This document shows, piece after piece, positions 47,469 to 57,957 of a stretch of 64,000 nucleotides of DNA. Position 1 is the stretch's first letter, and each line of letters begins with the position of its first letter. The stretch lies in IMG/VR virus record IMGVR_UViG_3300020460_001010, positions 1-64,000 of that record; one strand, written 5' to 3'. Made by a program: the position numbers and the translations under genes. Source of the stretch: a virus. Taxonomy: Duplodnaviria; Caudoviricetes. The notes beneath the pieces are model-generated. The model had not been told where the DNA came from and did no database searches. It saw only the letters and a program-made list of their open reading frames with translations.

Positions 47469-47569
47469 ATTTCAAAATGCTTCCACATGATTGGAAACAA
47501 GACCAAAGGTTTTAACCTGATTGAAGTCCTTAATGACTTTAGAAAATTAATCAAGGAAAATATTACACC

Positions 47570-48850
47570 ATGAGTAAATTATTGAAAGAGGCTATTGCTG
47601 ATGCGAAGGCTGTTCGTGAGACTGCACTTGCTAATGCACGACTTGCACTTGAGGAGGCATTTGCTCCAAAATTGCAAAGTATGCTTACAAAGAAACTAAG
47701 AGAAGACGAGTCACTTGAAGATGACGAAGTTGAGGTTGCCGAAGATGATCTTGAGGTTGCCGATGACGAAGTTGCCGTAGAGGATGACGAAGTTGACACT
47801 GCTGAAGAAGAAGCTGAAGAAGACGCTGCCGAAGAAGAAGCTGCTGAAGAAGAAGCTGCTGAAGAAGAAGCACCTGCTGAAGAAGAAGCACCTGCTGAAG
47901 AAGAAGCACCTGCTGAAGAAGAAGCTGAAGAAGAAGAGGCTGCTGAAGAAGAAGCATCTGATGAAGTTGAAGAAGACGATCTTTACGAAGATAGTCTTGA
48001 TCTCGAAAGTATCATTAAAGAGTTAGAAGATGACTTGGCAATTAATGATGAGGAAGAAGTTGAGGAAGAGGACGAAGATGCTGTTGAAGAGCAATCTGAT
48101 TCTTCTGAAATTGGAAACGGAGACAACCAAGTAGACATCGCAGATAGTGATGACGAAGAACTCCCCGAAACAGACGCACAAGATGCGGAACTCGGTGAGG
48201 AAGACGAAAATACAGAAGTTGTTGACGATCTTGAAGAAGAAATTGACATCGAAATCGTAGACGAAGAAGATGAGGCCGTTACTGAGGAAGACGAAGTTGT
48301 GGCTGAAGAAGACGTCGTTGAAGAAGAAGATGAAGAAATCAATCTTGAAGAGATTCTTAAAGAATTGGAAGAAGAATCTGCCGATGTGGTGGACGAAGAC
48401 TCCACGGAAGAACTTGAAGAACTCAAGACAGCCAATGAAAAACTTCAGAAAGAAAACGATGAATACCGCAAGGTTTATAAATATTTGCGTGGTAAGTTGA
48501 ACGAAGTGAATTTGCTAAATGCAAAACTTCTTTATACAAATAAGTTGTTTAAGGAATTTGCGTTGGTAGAGGATCAAAAATTGAAGGTCGTAGAAAGTTT
48601 TGACCTCACGAAGAACGTTCGTGAAGCAAAATTGGTCTACGCAACTCTTGGAGAATCATTCAGAACAACAGTTGAATCAAAAGAACCAACCGCAGAGGTA
48701 GAAACTGCTCCTGCAAAGAAGTCAACGAAGACACTGTCTGAAGGATTTGCATCCAAGGCAATTAAATCAACAAAACCGTCCAAGCAAATCTTGTCGGAAG
48801 GTAATGACCTTGCCAACCGTTTCAAGAAACTTGCCGGAATTGCTGAGTAA
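47570..48850 (+). CDS. gp22: Prohead scaffold protein (gp22-like)
   Basis: LLKEAIADAKAVRETA N-terminus, extremely acidic middle, coiled coil, C-terminal RFKKLAGI; directly upstream of MCP. Confidence 0.85.
   Translation: MSKLLKEAIADAKAVRETALANARLALEEAFAPKLQSMLTKKLREDESLEDDEVEVAEDDLEVADDEVAVEDDEVDTAEEEAEEDAAEEEAAEEEAAEEEAPAEEEAPAEEEAPAEEEAEEEEAAEEEASDEVEEDDLYEDSLDLESIIKELEDDLAINDEEEVEEEDEDAVEEQSDSSEIGNGDNQVDIADSDDEELPETDAQDAELGEEDENTEVVDDLEEEIDIEIVDEEDEAVTEEDEVVAEEDVVEEEDEEINLEEILKELEEESADVVDEDSTEELEELKTANEKLQKENDEYRKVYKYLRGKLNEVNLLNAKLLYTNKLFKEFALVEDQKLKVVESFDLTKNVREAKLVYATLGESFRTTVESKEPTAEVETAPAKKSTKTLSEGFASKAIKSTKPSKQILSEGNDLANRFKKLAGIAE
47831..47914 (+). repeat. Coding tandem repeats EEEAA x2 (15 bp) and EEEAPA x3 (18 bp)
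   Basis: GAAGAAGAAGCTGCT x2 then GAAGAAGAAGCACCTGCT x3. Confidence 0.85.
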
Positions 48851-48885
48851 AATCAAAAAAATTAACAATCAAAGGAATTGATAAA

Positions 48886-50415
48886 ATGAGCGAAATTAGT
48901 AAATTACTAAAAGATAGTCAAAATCCACAAGCAAAACTCATGGCAGAAACCCGTGGTCTTGTTTCCAAGTGGGAAAAGACTGGATTATTAGAAGGTATCG
49001 GAAACGATACAGAGAAGAGTGGCATGGCTATTCTTCTTGAAAACCAAGCAAAGCAGCTGATTGACGAGGCTGGCAGAAGTGGAACAGGTGGTTCCGGTTC
49101 TGAGGAATGGAGTGGAGTAGCACTTCCCCTCGTACGTCGTGTGTTTGCAGAAATCGCAGCGAAGGAATTCGTTTCGGTTCAACCAATGAATCTTCCATCT
49201 GGGTTGATTTTCTACTTGGACTTCAAGTACGGATCAGACCAATCCAGACAAGGTTCTACCGGAAACGCAAGTTTGTTCGGTGGATCAGCAAATGCAAAGC
49301 ACGGTTCGACCGACAAGGCAGAAGGTGGTCTTTACGGCACAGGTCGTCATGGTTATTCGTTGAATGATAAACAAACAGCCGCAAGTGTTGCAATTGTTGC
49401 AGTAACAGAAGGTGAAGGTGACGATGCAAAGGTGGTTCAAACTTACATCGTTGCACCAGCAGACGCAGATGCCGATGGAGCACGTGCGTTCACCGTAGGT
49501 GACGATACATACCGAATCACAGGTGCGGAATTGCAAGCTGACGGTGAAACCGTTCACTTGATCACGGACGCAGACGATGCAGTTGCAGACGCTGGTAAAC
49601 TTACTTACCATGTTAAGACAACTGATAGCACACGTGGTGACTTCGAAGTAAGTTCTGAACAAGACTTCCACAGTGATGCAAAGACTACCGGTGATGACGT
49701 CGGAATTCCCGAAGTTAACTTGGAACTCAAGAGTGAACCAATCGTTGCAAAGACACGTAAGTTGAAGGCAGTTTGGACACCTGAGTTGGCACAAGACCTC
49801 AATGCTTACCATAGTGTTGACGCAGAAGCAGAACTTACGTCACTTCTTTCCGAATACGTTTCAATGGAAATTGATTTGGAAATTCTTGACATGCTTCTTA
49901 CGAATGCACATACAGACGGCGGTGACTTTGACGCATCGGCTGCTCTTACAGGTGGTGAGACTCAAGGAACATTGTTCCAGAAGCTCGGCACAAAGATTCA
50001 AAAGGTGAGTAACACAATTCATCAATTGACTCTTCGTGGTGGTGCAAACTTCTTGGTTTGTTCTCCACAAGTGGCAACCGTTCTTGAAAGTATCCCAGGA
50101 TACGCTGCTGACACTGATGGAAATCAGTCCCAGTTCGCAATGGGTGTTACCAAGGTTGGTGCATTGAACAATCGTTTCCAAGTTTACAAGAACCCATACA
50201 TGACAAGTGGTGAAGTTCTTGTTGGATTCCGTGGTTCTAACTTCCTAGAAACAGGTGCAGTTTATGCTCCGTACATTCCGTTGATCCAAACTCCATTGGT
50301 ATACGATCCGGTCAACTTTACTCCACGTCGTGGTGTAATGACCCGTTATGCCAAGAAGATGGTTCGTCCAGAATTCTACGGAAAACTCTCCGTTTCAGGT
50401 ACAGAGTCTCTGTAA
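48886..50415 (+). CDS. gp23: Major capsid protein (T4 gp23-like)
   Basis: LLENQ, LPLVRRV, VQPMNLPSGLIF, TRKLKAVWTPELAQDL, YAPYIPL, GVMTRY. Confidence 0.97.
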   Translation: MSEISKLLKDSQNPQAKLMAETRGLVSKWEKTGLLEGIGNDTEKSGMAILLENQAKQLIDEAGRSGTGGSGSEEWSGVALPLVRRVFAEIAAKEFVSVQPMNLPSGLIFYLDFKYGSDQSRQGSTGNASLFGGSANAKHGSTDKAEGGLYGTGRHGYSLNDKQTAASVAIVAVTEGEGDDAKVVQTYIVAPADADADGARAFTVGDDTYRITGAELQADGETVHLITDADDAVADAGKLTYHVKTTDSTRGDFEVSSEQDFHSDAKTTGDDVGIPEVNLELKSEPIVAKTRKLKAVWTPELAQDLNAYHSVDAEAELTSLLSEYVSMEIDLEILDMLLTNAHTDGGDFDASAALTGGETQGTLFQKLGTKIQKVSNTIHQLTLRGGANFLVCSPQVATVLESIPGYAADTDGNQSQFAMGVTKVGALNNRFQVYKNPYMTSGEVLVGFRGSNFLETGAVYAPYIPLIQTPLVYDPVNFTPRRGVMTRYAKKMVRPEFYGKLSVSGTESL

Positions 50416-50440
50416 TTCTGTTTGGAATAACAAAAAATTT

Positions 50441-50474
50441 AAGAGGGGTTCGTTTGAACCCCTCTTTTATTTTA
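50441..50474 (+). terminator. Rho-independent terminator
   Basis: AAGAGGGGTTC-GTTT-GAACCCCTCTT then T-rich tail. Confidence 0.9.
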
Positions 50475-50497
50475 TAACGATTAGTGATACAACAATA

Positions 50498-50505
50498 TAT
50501 TTATA
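50498..50505 (+). promoter_or_regulatory. TATTTATA putative late promoter, 3 nt before ATG
   Basis: Recurrent motif after terminator. Confidence 0.6.
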
Positions 50506-50508
50506 GAC

Positions 50509-51849
50509 ATGGAAGATACTGAAAACACGGAACTAGAGAGAGTTAGGTGGGAAGGTACTGCAAGTTCACCCATAGGAAAGACTCCGTTTGGGTTCTTTGA
50601 CACCGACTCTGAATTTATAAATTTTGCACCAAAGGCTGCTGACTGGGCAGCCACTAGACTTGGATATCCTGTCGTTGATATTGAAATGCTTGATGTGCAA
50701 TTTTATGCTTGTCTTGAAGAGGCAATTGCCGAATATAGTGCACAAATAAATCAATTTTCAATTAAGCAGAATTTATATAGTTTACGAGGTACATCCACAA
50801 GTGTGAATTTGACAACATCGGTATTACAAACACAACCTTTGCCATTTTATTTAAAACTTGCAGAAGCATATGGTGCGGAAGTCGGAGCAGGTGGAAACGT
50901 TGACTGGAGAAAGGCAAGTTTGGAGGTTAAAGCAGGGGTGCAGACATATGACTTGCAGGGATTATTCACACAATACTATACAGACCCACGAACTGGTGAG
51001 AAAAAATTAGAAAGAATTGAGGTTAAACGAATATTTCACAACCCACCACCAAGTTTAAATAAAATATTTGACCCAATGGCAAACTCTGGCATGGCACATT
51101 CAAATTTATTAAGTGAGTTTGGGTGGAACGGGATGCACCCGGTAGGAACGCAGTTTTTGCTAAGACCGGTGAACGAGGATTTAATGAGATTGCAGGCAAT
51201 TGAGTTTAATGAACAAGTCAGAAGAAGTTCATACGGGTTTGAAATAATAAATAACAAACTCACAATATTCCCGATACCTACAAAAGATTTTACACTGTGG
51301 TTTGATTATGTATATAAACGAGAACGTGATATAGCAGCGGTTCAGGGATATGTCGATGCTGATGAATTCAACGTAATGCCAAAAACACAAACGGAGATTA
51401 CGGAGGAAACAACTGAACAGGTTGTCGTTGATGAAACTCAATCTGGTCTTGACGATGGTACAAATGGTGATGTTTCGGACACGGAGCTCCACAGACCACA
51501 TGAAAGTGTAACGGATGCGAGTAATGCCCCATATCAATTTCATAGTTTTGCAACTATCAATGATGTTGGAAAGAGGTGGATAATGAAATATTATCTATCA
51601 ACGTGCAAGGAATTATTAGGATCAATTCGTGCAAAATATCAAAGTATTCCGATTCCTGGAGGAGAAACTTCACTTGATGGTGATGCACTTCGTCAAGAGG
51701 CGGCTTCGGAGAAAGAGCAACTTATTACTGAATTGCGTGAGGATTTGGAAGTTACGAGTCGTAGCACTACAAGTGAGCAACTTAATCAAGTATCTGATAA
51801 TTTGCAAGAGAATCTGAGAAAAGTTCCAAACTTTTTATACATAGGATAG
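50509..51849 (+). CDS. Neck/head-tail adaptor (gp13-like)
   Basis: RLGYPVVDIEM..Q..ACLEEA N-terminus; LGSIRAKY..IPIPGGETSLDG and terminal LYIG. Confidence 0.8.
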   Translation: MEDTENTELERVRWEGTASSPIGKTPFGFFDTDSEFINFAPKAADWAATRLGYPVVDIEMLDVQFYACLEEAIAEYSAQINQFSIKQNLYSLRGTSTSVNLTTSVLQTQPLPFYLKLAEAYGAEVGAGGNVDWRKASLEVKAGVQTYDLQGLFTQYYTDPRTGEKKLERIEVKRIFHNPPPSLNKIFDPMANSGMAHSNLLSEFGWNGMHPVGTQFLLRPVNEDLMRLQAIEFNEQVRRSSYGFEIINNKLTIFPIPTKDFTLWFDYVYKRERDIAAVQGYVDADEFNVMPKTQTEITEETTEQVVVDETQSGLDDGTNGDVSDTELHRPHESVTDASNAPYQFHSFATINDVGKRWIMKYYLSTCKELLGSIRAKYQSIPIPGGETSLDGDALRQEAASEKEQLITELREDLEVTSRSTTSEQLNQVSDNLQENLRKVPNFLYIG

Positions 51850-51850
51850 T

Positions 51851-52318
51851 ATGGAAAGGTCACGCGGCAGATATTATTCACGACGAGATGTGCGTTTTAT
51901 GAATAGTATAAATGGTGAGCTGATGGCAGATATAATTGAGCAACTTGTCGTTATATATAAAATTAATCCACATGAAACATCTGCAAATTTGTATGGTGAA
52001 AGTGTTGAGAAAAGTTATTTTCAAGGTGTACAAACAACCTGTTTAGTCGAAACTGATCCAGAAAGCACATTATATGAGGGATTTGGTCCAGATGTGAAGA
52101 AGGGAACATTGTTTAGATTTCACCAGAAATTGTGTGAAATGAAAGATGTATATCCACAAGTTGGAGATATTGTATTGTGGGAGAATGCGTATTTTGAAAT
52201 ATCCAATATTGTTGAAAATCAGTATCTCGGAGGACAGCCTGAGAAAAATTATAGTTTGATATCAAATGCACATATGACTCGCATTAGTAAATTGAATATT
52301 GTTGAGAGGGATATATAA
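51851..52318 (+). CDS. Neck/head closure protein (gp14-like)
   Basis: NLYGES, YPQVGDIV.W...YFEI; position after gp13-like gene. Confidence 0.7.
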   Translation: MERSRGRYYSRRDVRFMNSINGELMADIIEQLVVIYKINPHETSANLYGESVEKSYFQGVQTTCLVETDPESTLYEGFGPDVKKGTLFRFHQKLCEMKDVYPQVGDIVLWENAYFEISNIVENQYLGGQPEKNYSLISNAHMTRISKLNIVERDI

Positions 52319-53553
52319 TGGCAGATTATGATACAGTAAATAATCCGTTCATAACTTTAAAAAAACTTGGTGGGGATGGAACTGAGCAATTTAAGGCACG
52401 ATTGAATACAACTCCACCGAGTGTATCGGAGGATGCGTACAGATCTGATATGAAGAAACCAGAACACTCACTGGAAACTGATAATCGTGCATCCAAAATG
52501 CGAATGGATGAAACTGAGAGTTTTAAACAATATTCAATAACATTGATGGATATTGATAATGTGTTATATGAGTATTTTATAAATGTAATACAACCAAGAG
52601 TGCTGGGTCCAGGAGGAGAGGCAATTGAAGTTCCTGTTAGACACGCATCCCCAGAAAGGTGGGCGGCAATACAACAGGATGGTGTATTGAGAGACAAGCA
52701 GGGCCAGCTGCAACGTCCGATGATAATATTTACCAGAAGTAACATGGAACGTGATGACCAACTGGTAACATTCAACAAGTATTTAACGGTTCCGTTCGTA
52801 AAGAAATTTGATAAGTATAATATGTACGATAGGTTCAGTGCATTATCTGGAACTAAACCTGCGGGTGAGATACACAATGTGACATTTCCTGATCATGTTG
52901 TATTGACATATGATTTTACAATGTCAACCGAATATGTTGAGCAGATGAATACACTTGTAGAGAAAATAAATTTTGCAAGTGATGACTATTGGGGTGACCC
53001 ACGAAGACTTAAATTCAGAGCCTCGGTACAGGGATTTTCCAACACAATAGAAGTTCCATCTGATGATGACAGAGTGGTAACTACGACATTTAATTTAACG
53101 GTAAACGCATATTTACTTCCTGAGATTTTTAATAATCAAACCACAACTCAACGAGGTCTTACGAAACGAAAGGTGGTATTTACCGGGGAAGCAATTTCAG
53201 GACCAGGAGGGGTTTTGGGTGAGGATGAACTCCCGTCACGAAATATATTTACCTTGAAACGAACGAACCGAGAGTTGTATTTTGAAAATACCGATATGGA
53301 ATATGAAATTCATACATGGAATGATGAAGCATATTATGAACTTATATTACTTGGTGAATCGTATTACATTTCATTCAAGAAGGATGGAAGTGGTAGTCAT
53401 CTATTATGGGACATAGAAGGTTCGAAGTCAAAGGTGTATTGTGATGAAACATTGACAATTGACATATCAGATGTATGGTCAGCAGAGATAACTACGGATA
53501 AGATGACTACGGAAAAATTTAAAATTAAGTTTGTTCGGAAAAATAATAGTTGA
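52318..53553 (+). CDS. Tail terminator/sheath stabiliser (gp15-like) with C-terminal extension
   Basis: VPVRHASPERW, PMI, PDHVVLTYDF, EQMNTLVEKI, RVVTTTFNLTVNAYLLP. Confidence 0.7.
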   Translation: MADYDTVNNPFITLKKLGGDGTEQFKARLNTTPPSVSEDAYRSDMKKPEHSLETDNRASKMRMDETESFKQYSITLMDIDNVLYEYFINVIQPRVLGPGGEAIEVPVRHASPERWAAIQQDGVLRDKQGQLQRPMIIFTRSNMERDDQLVTFNKYLTVPFVKKFDKYNMYDRFSALSGTKPAGEIHNVTFPDHVVLTYDFTMSTEYVEQMNTLVEKINFASDDYWGDPRRLKFRASVQGFSNTIEVPSDDDRVVTTTFNLTVNAYLLPEIFNNQTTTQRGLTKRKVVFTGEAISGPGGVLGEDELPSRNIFTLKRTNRELYFENTDMEYEIHTWNDEAYYELILLGESYYISFKKDGSGSHLLWDIEGSKSKVYCDETLTIDISDVWSAEITTDKMTTEKFKIKFVRKNNS

Positions 53554-53578
53554 TTTTAAGTTTGATTTGTCTTATATT
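53550..53578 (+). promoter_or_regulatory. Sigma70-type promoter TTGATT-N17-TATATT, 6 nt before ATG 53585
   Basis: Spacing identical to the 24725 and 37118 promoters. Confidence 0.45.
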
Positions 53579-53584
53579 AGTTAT

Positions 53585-53875
53585 ATGGAAACTAATGAAA
53601 TAAAATTTACAACCGATGAAGTCGATGAGGTCACTAACTTAAATGCAGAGTACCAGTCATTGTTATTGGAGTTGGGTGAGGTGTATTTGAAGAAAATACA
53701 AATTGAAGAACAACAATCTGAAATTAATTCGGCAGAAGACGAACTCCGTGGAGTGTACTCTGATTTACAGAAACGTGAATCCACACTGTCTGCTAGAATA
53801 ACTAAAAAGTACGGTCCAGGTCGTCCAGATTTTGCTCGGGGAATGTATCTAAAAGATATTGATACGAAAAATTAG
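53585..53875 (+). CDS. Small coiled-coil protein
   Basis: IKFTTDEV...ELGEV...KKYGPG; heptad pattern. Confidence 0.75.
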   Translation: METNEIKFTTDEVDEVTNLNAEYQSLLLELGEVYLKKIQIEEQQSEINSAEDELRGVYSDLQKRESTLSARITKKYGPGRPDFARGMYLKDIDTKN

Positions 53876-53977
53876 TAATAAATATAGGTTTTTGCGTTTT
53901 TTGACTCATATTTATCATAAAAAGTCAATCATCCGATTTTAATCATATAAACCTAAAATTTAAGGAGACAAAATAAG

Positions 53978-56473
53978 ATGGCAGAAAGAGTAGTAAGTCC
54001 AGCAGTATTCACCAATGAAATCGACCAGTCATTTTTGGCACAAGGTATATCTCAAATAGGTGGAGCAATCGTAGGTCCTTTTGATAGAGGACCAGCATTT
54101 GCACCAACGGTAGTAAGAAGTCAGTCAGATTTGGAAGATCTATTTGGCGCACCAGATGGTAAGTATTACCAACCGTGGGTAGCACAACAGTATCTCAAGC
54201 ACCAGGGTGTTGTGACAATCGTTCGAGTGGGTTCACTTGGAGGATATGAACAACAAAATCCTGTGGTTATTAAAGCAGTTGCCCAGACAACATCTGGATC
54301 AATCGAAGCAGGTGACGAATTCGTTATCGGTGTTCTTGCAAATACATTGAAAGCAGGTTCGGATGAACCAACATATCAAGGTTTTGCATATGAAGATGGT
54401 CGTAAGGCACACATGACAGACGAAGACATTTCCGATGGGGATTTACTTGCGGAAATTGCACTTCCAAACCCAACAGAAGATGCCGGTCATGCAGATGAGT
54501 ATATAACAAGTAAGTTTTCTCTTAATCCTGCAAGTCCAGATAGTATAAACAACGTATTTGGAAGAGCACCACAAAAGAACACAAAAACTGCATATTTGTA
54601 TTCATATTTTGAAGACACCGCACGTAAGGTAGCAGAGGCAACATCAGGAACACAATCATTCAAGCTTGCACTTGATATACCATCATCCGATGGACCTTTG
54701 GATTTTATAGACGAAGGTATCAGTGAAGCAAAGACTCCGTGGGTAAAGTCACAACTTATCAGTGATGACCGATATGACTTGTTCAGAGTTGCAACTCGCA
54801 ACCAAGGAACACTTGCAAACCGTGAGATTAAAGTCGGTATCTACAATGTTAAAACTCCAGGTTCATTACAAGGAACGGATTATGGAACGTTTAGTTTGGT
54901 AGTTCGTAGATTCAACGATAATGACAAGAATCAAGAAGTTCTTGAAAATTATGACAACTTGAATCTTGATCCAGGAAGTCCACAATACTTACCACGTGTT
55001 ATCGGTGATAGAAAAGTTACTGTTGATAGTAAGGGTAAGATTATTGAGCATGGTGACTATGGAAACAAGAGTAATTGGATTCGTATTGAAATGCCAGACG
55101 ACGCATATGCTCCTGCGAATGCAATGCCATACGGATATGGTCCGTACGCATCCCCTCTTGCAAATGTTAACTTGCCAGAACCAGAGTGGAGTTATGCAAG
55201 TCATTACGAGAAAAACCCAGGAAGATACTTCTGTGGTACGGTGTTTAATCAAGAAAGTCCTGATGGATTGCTTGAACTACCAGAATCGTCACGCAACTCA
55301 ATTGAATTGTTTGCCCCAATCCCACCAAGTGCGGGTGTTGCCGGAAATGGATTCTACCTTGACGAACCTGGACAATATGTCAGTCTTGACGCACAGCCAG
55401 ATGGAAGTAGTGATTATGAAACACATATCACGGAACCTGTGGATGCAGATTTGCTTGGAACAAATGATTATGTCAATGTTCGTGCAAGAAGATTCCTCGT
55501 AGGTTTCCAAGGTGGTTTTGATGGTCACTCACCTACACATCCAATACGTTTGGGTGCGGCTATCTCACCACAAAACGCACAAGGACTCAATTGTTCCGGA
55601 CCACATACGGAAGGAACAGAGGGATACAAGAAAGCATTTGCGGCTTTGAGTAATCAAGACGAGTTTGATATTAACTTGCTTGTGACTCCTGGTTTGAGTC
55701 TCGACCTTCATAGAAATGTTGTTAATCGTGGAGTTGATCTGTGTGAAACCCGTGAAGATTGTTTCTACATTCTTGATTGTGTTGGGGCTGCCAACCAACC
55801 AGGTAGAGTAGATGACGCAGTTGATATGGTAACAACACTTGATACCAACTACGCTGCAACATACTATCCGTGGGTTAAGATTATCGACCCATCCACTAAC
55901 AAGATTATGCCATTCCCACCAAGTGCGGTTATGCCAGCAGTATATGCGTCCAACGATAAGGTTTCCGCAGAGTGGTTCGCACCTGCCGGTTTGAATCGTG
56001 GTGGAATTGAAAAGGCAGTTGGTGTTATGGATCGTCTTAACTTCGCAGAGAGAGATGTACTGTACGAAGGTAAGGTTAATCCAATCGCTGCATTCCCAGG
56101 ACAGGGCATCGTGGCATTCGGTCAAAAGACACTTCAAAGACGTCCATCTGCTCTTGACAGAATTAACGTACGTCGTTTGATGATTGCTCTCAAGAAGTTC
56201 ATTGCAAGTACCGCAAGATTCTTGATATTCGAACAAAATGTGGCTGCCACACGAAATCGTTTCTTGAGTATTGTAAATCCATACTTGGAAAGTGTACAAC
56301 AAAGACATGGTCTGTATGCTTACCGTGTAATCATGGACGAAACCAACAACACACCTGCGTTGATTGACAGAAACATTCTGTATGGTCAGATCTTCTTGCA
56401 ACCAGCAAAGGCAGTTGAGTTTGTAATTCTTGATTTCAGTCTTACACCGACCGGTGCAAGTTTTGAAGGATAA
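53978..56473 (+). CDS. gp18: Tail sheath protein (gp18-like)
   Basis: VSPAVFTNEIDQS, AIVGPFDRGPAF, YYPWV, WFAPAGLNRG, GQKTLQ..SALDRINVRRL; AAGGAG RBS; TATTTATC at 53909. Confidence 0.96.
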   Translation: MAERVVSPAVFTNEIDQSFLAQGISQIGGAIVGPFDRGPAFAPTVVRSQSDLEDLFGAPDGKYYQPWVAQQYLKHQGVVTIVRVGSLGGYEQQNPVVIKAVAQTTSGSIEAGDEFVIGVLANTLKAGSDEPTYQGFAYEDGRKAHMTDEDISDGDLLAEIALPNPTEDAGHADEYITSKFSLNPASPDSINNVFGRAPQKNTKTAYLYSYFEDTARKVAEATSGTQSFKLALDIPSSDGPLDFIDEGISEAKTPWVKSQLISDDRYDLFRVATRNQGTLANREIKVGIYNVKTPGSLQGTDYGTFSLVVRRFNDNDKNQEVLENYDNLNLDPGSPQYLPRVIGDRKVTVDSKGKIIEHGDYGNKSNWIRIEMPDDAYAPANAMPYGYGPYASPLANVNLPEPEWSYASHYEKNPGRYFCGTVFNQESPDGLLELPESSRNSIELFAPIPPSAGVAGNGFYLDEPGQYVSLDAQPDGSSDYETHITEPVDADLLGTNDYVNVRARRFLVGFQGGFDGHSPTHPIRLGAAISPQNAQGLNCSGPHTEGTEGYKKAFAALSNQDEFDINLLVTPGLSLDLHRNVVNRGVDLCETREDCFYILDCVGAANQPGRVDDAVDMVTTLDTNYAATYYPWVKIIDPSTNKIMPFPPSAVMPAVYASNDKVSAEWFAPAGLNRGGIEKAVGVMDRLNFAERDVLYEGKVNPIAAFPGQGIVAFGQKTLQRRPSALDRINVRRLMIALKKFIASTARFLIFEQNVAATRNRFLSIVNPYLESVQQRHGLYAYRVIMDETNNTPALIDRNILYGQIFLQPAKAVEFVILDFSLTPTGASFEG

Positions 56474-56499
56474 TTTATACTAAAAACCAAACAAAAAAG

Positions 56500-56530
56500 A
56501 AAACCCCCTGCATATGCGGGGGGTTTTTTT
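56500..56530 (+). terminator. Rho-independent terminator
   Basis: AAAACCCCCTGC-ATAT-GCGGGGGGTTTTTTT. Confidence 0.9.
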
Positions 56531-56553
56531 GTGTCGATATATATTTATTTTAA

Positions 56554-57255
56554 ATGGATATGTCTCTTACGGATATTTTGCACGAAATGCAATATGATGA
56601 GTTTGTTTTGTTTGTGCGTAAGCATAAACTAGACGAAGATTGTTCTGTGTTGACTGAGTTGAGCATACCAGGTAGACTTAAAAAGATTTGGGGGTTTATA
56701 AAGGAATTGGCCTCCAAGGTATCGTTGAAGTTGGTGGACTTGGTTAAATTGTTTCTTGATAAAACTGTATTCAAATTCTTTGCTAAGATTAAGTTTAGCA
56801 TGGAGTGGTTGTTCAAACTCGTTAAAAAGGGATTCAAGGCATACAAGGACGTAATAAAGGCAATTGGTGATTATCTTGCAAGTACCAAGGTAGGTAAGTG
56901 GACAGAAGAAAAACTCAAGGCCTTGGATGCCTTTTTGAAAAAACATCCAAAAACCAAGAGAATTGCAGGAATGGCAGTTGCTGGTATTCTAATTTATATT
57001 TGGTTGAACATGACGTTCACGGGTAACGCAGACTACGACTTTGATATGGGAGATATGATTCTTGCACTTGGTGGAGGATTTACTTTATCAACTTTGTTTG
57101 CAGGTCCTGAAGGTATGGCATTATTAACTTTGTTTGCAACTGGTATGATTGGGTTATCATTTCCTTGGCCAGGACCGCAACATTTCCAGTTCGTGGGTGC
57201 AGTTTTATATGGTTCTGCTAAATTGGTTGGAAAGAAATTAAGGAAAGATAAATAA
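56554..57255 (+). CDS. Membrane protein inserted between sheath and tube genes
   Basis: Own TATTTATT promoter (56542-56549); hydrophobic segments IAGMAVAGILIYIWL, MILALGGGFTLSTLF, ALLTLFATGMIGLSF. Confidence 0.75.
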   Translation: MDMSLTDILHEMQYDEFVLFVRKHKLDEDCSVLTELSIPGRLKKIWGFIKELASKVSLKLVDLVKLFLDKTVFKFFAKIKFSMEWLFKLVKKGFKAYKDVIKAIGDYLASTKVGKWTEEKLKALDAFLKKHPKTKRIAGMAVAGILIYIWLNMTFTGNADYDFDMGDMILALGGGFTLSTLFAGPEGMALLTLFATGMIGLSFPWPGPQHFQFVGAVLYGSAKLVGKKLRKDK

Positions 57256-57381
57256 ATATATTTTTTTCTTTGTTGATATTTATTAAATAAATGAGGTTGA
57301 AATTTTGAAAAAAAGGTTTTTTTGATTTTTTAATTCATATTTATCTAAAAGTTCTAAACTATAAACTGGAGAAGTTAAATT

Positions 57382-57873
57382 ATGGCAGAGTTAATCGAAG
57401 CACAAGAAATGTTTTTTACGGCGTTTGAACCCAAAACTTCAAATCGCTTTATTATGTACGTTGACGGGATTCCCGCATATCTTATTAAGGGGATGTCACG
57501 TCCAACACTAGCAATCGAGGTTAATACCTTGGATCACATCAACATCAAACGTAAAGTCCGTGCAGGTAAGGCAGAGTGGCAAGACATCACAATGACACTT
57601 TATGATCCTGTTGTTCCAAGTGCAGCGCAAGCAACAATGGAATGGGTTCGTCTCTCCCACGAATCAGTTACAGGAAGAAACGGATATGCAGACTTCTATA
57701 AGAAGGACTTGGTATTCAATATGCTCGGACCTGTTGGTGATAAGGTTGAAGAGTGGACAATCAAGGGTGCGTTTATCAACAACGCAACTTTCGGTACACT
57801 TGACTGGGCAACTGGTGATCCAATGACCGTTGAATTGACATTGTCATACGACTACGCAATTCTTCAATACTAA
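57382..57873 (+). CDS. gp19: Tail tube protein (gp19-like)
   Basis: EPKTSNRF, GKAEWQDITMTLYD, YKKD, VEEWTIKGAF, LSYDYA; TATTTAT at 57277 and 57338. Confidence 0.93.
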   Translation: MAELIEAQEMFFTAFEPKTSNRFIMYVDGIPAYLIKGMSRPTLAIEVNTLDHINIKRKVRAGKAEWQDITMTLYDPVVPSAAQATMEWVRLSHESVTGRNGYADFYKKDLVFNMLGPVGDKVEEWTIKGAFINNATFGTLDWATGDPMTVELTLSYDYAILQY

Positions 57874-57902
57874 ATTGATAATACACCAACTCCGGTTTTT
57901 AC

Positions 57903-57935
57903 AAAAAAAAAACTTCCTACGGGAAGTTTTTTTTT
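57903..57935 (+). terminator. Rho-independent terminator with UACG tetraloop
   Basis: A10-CTTCC-TACG-GGAAG-T9. Confidence 0.9.
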
Positions 57936-57957
57936 GGCCAGTATATATTTATTTAAT

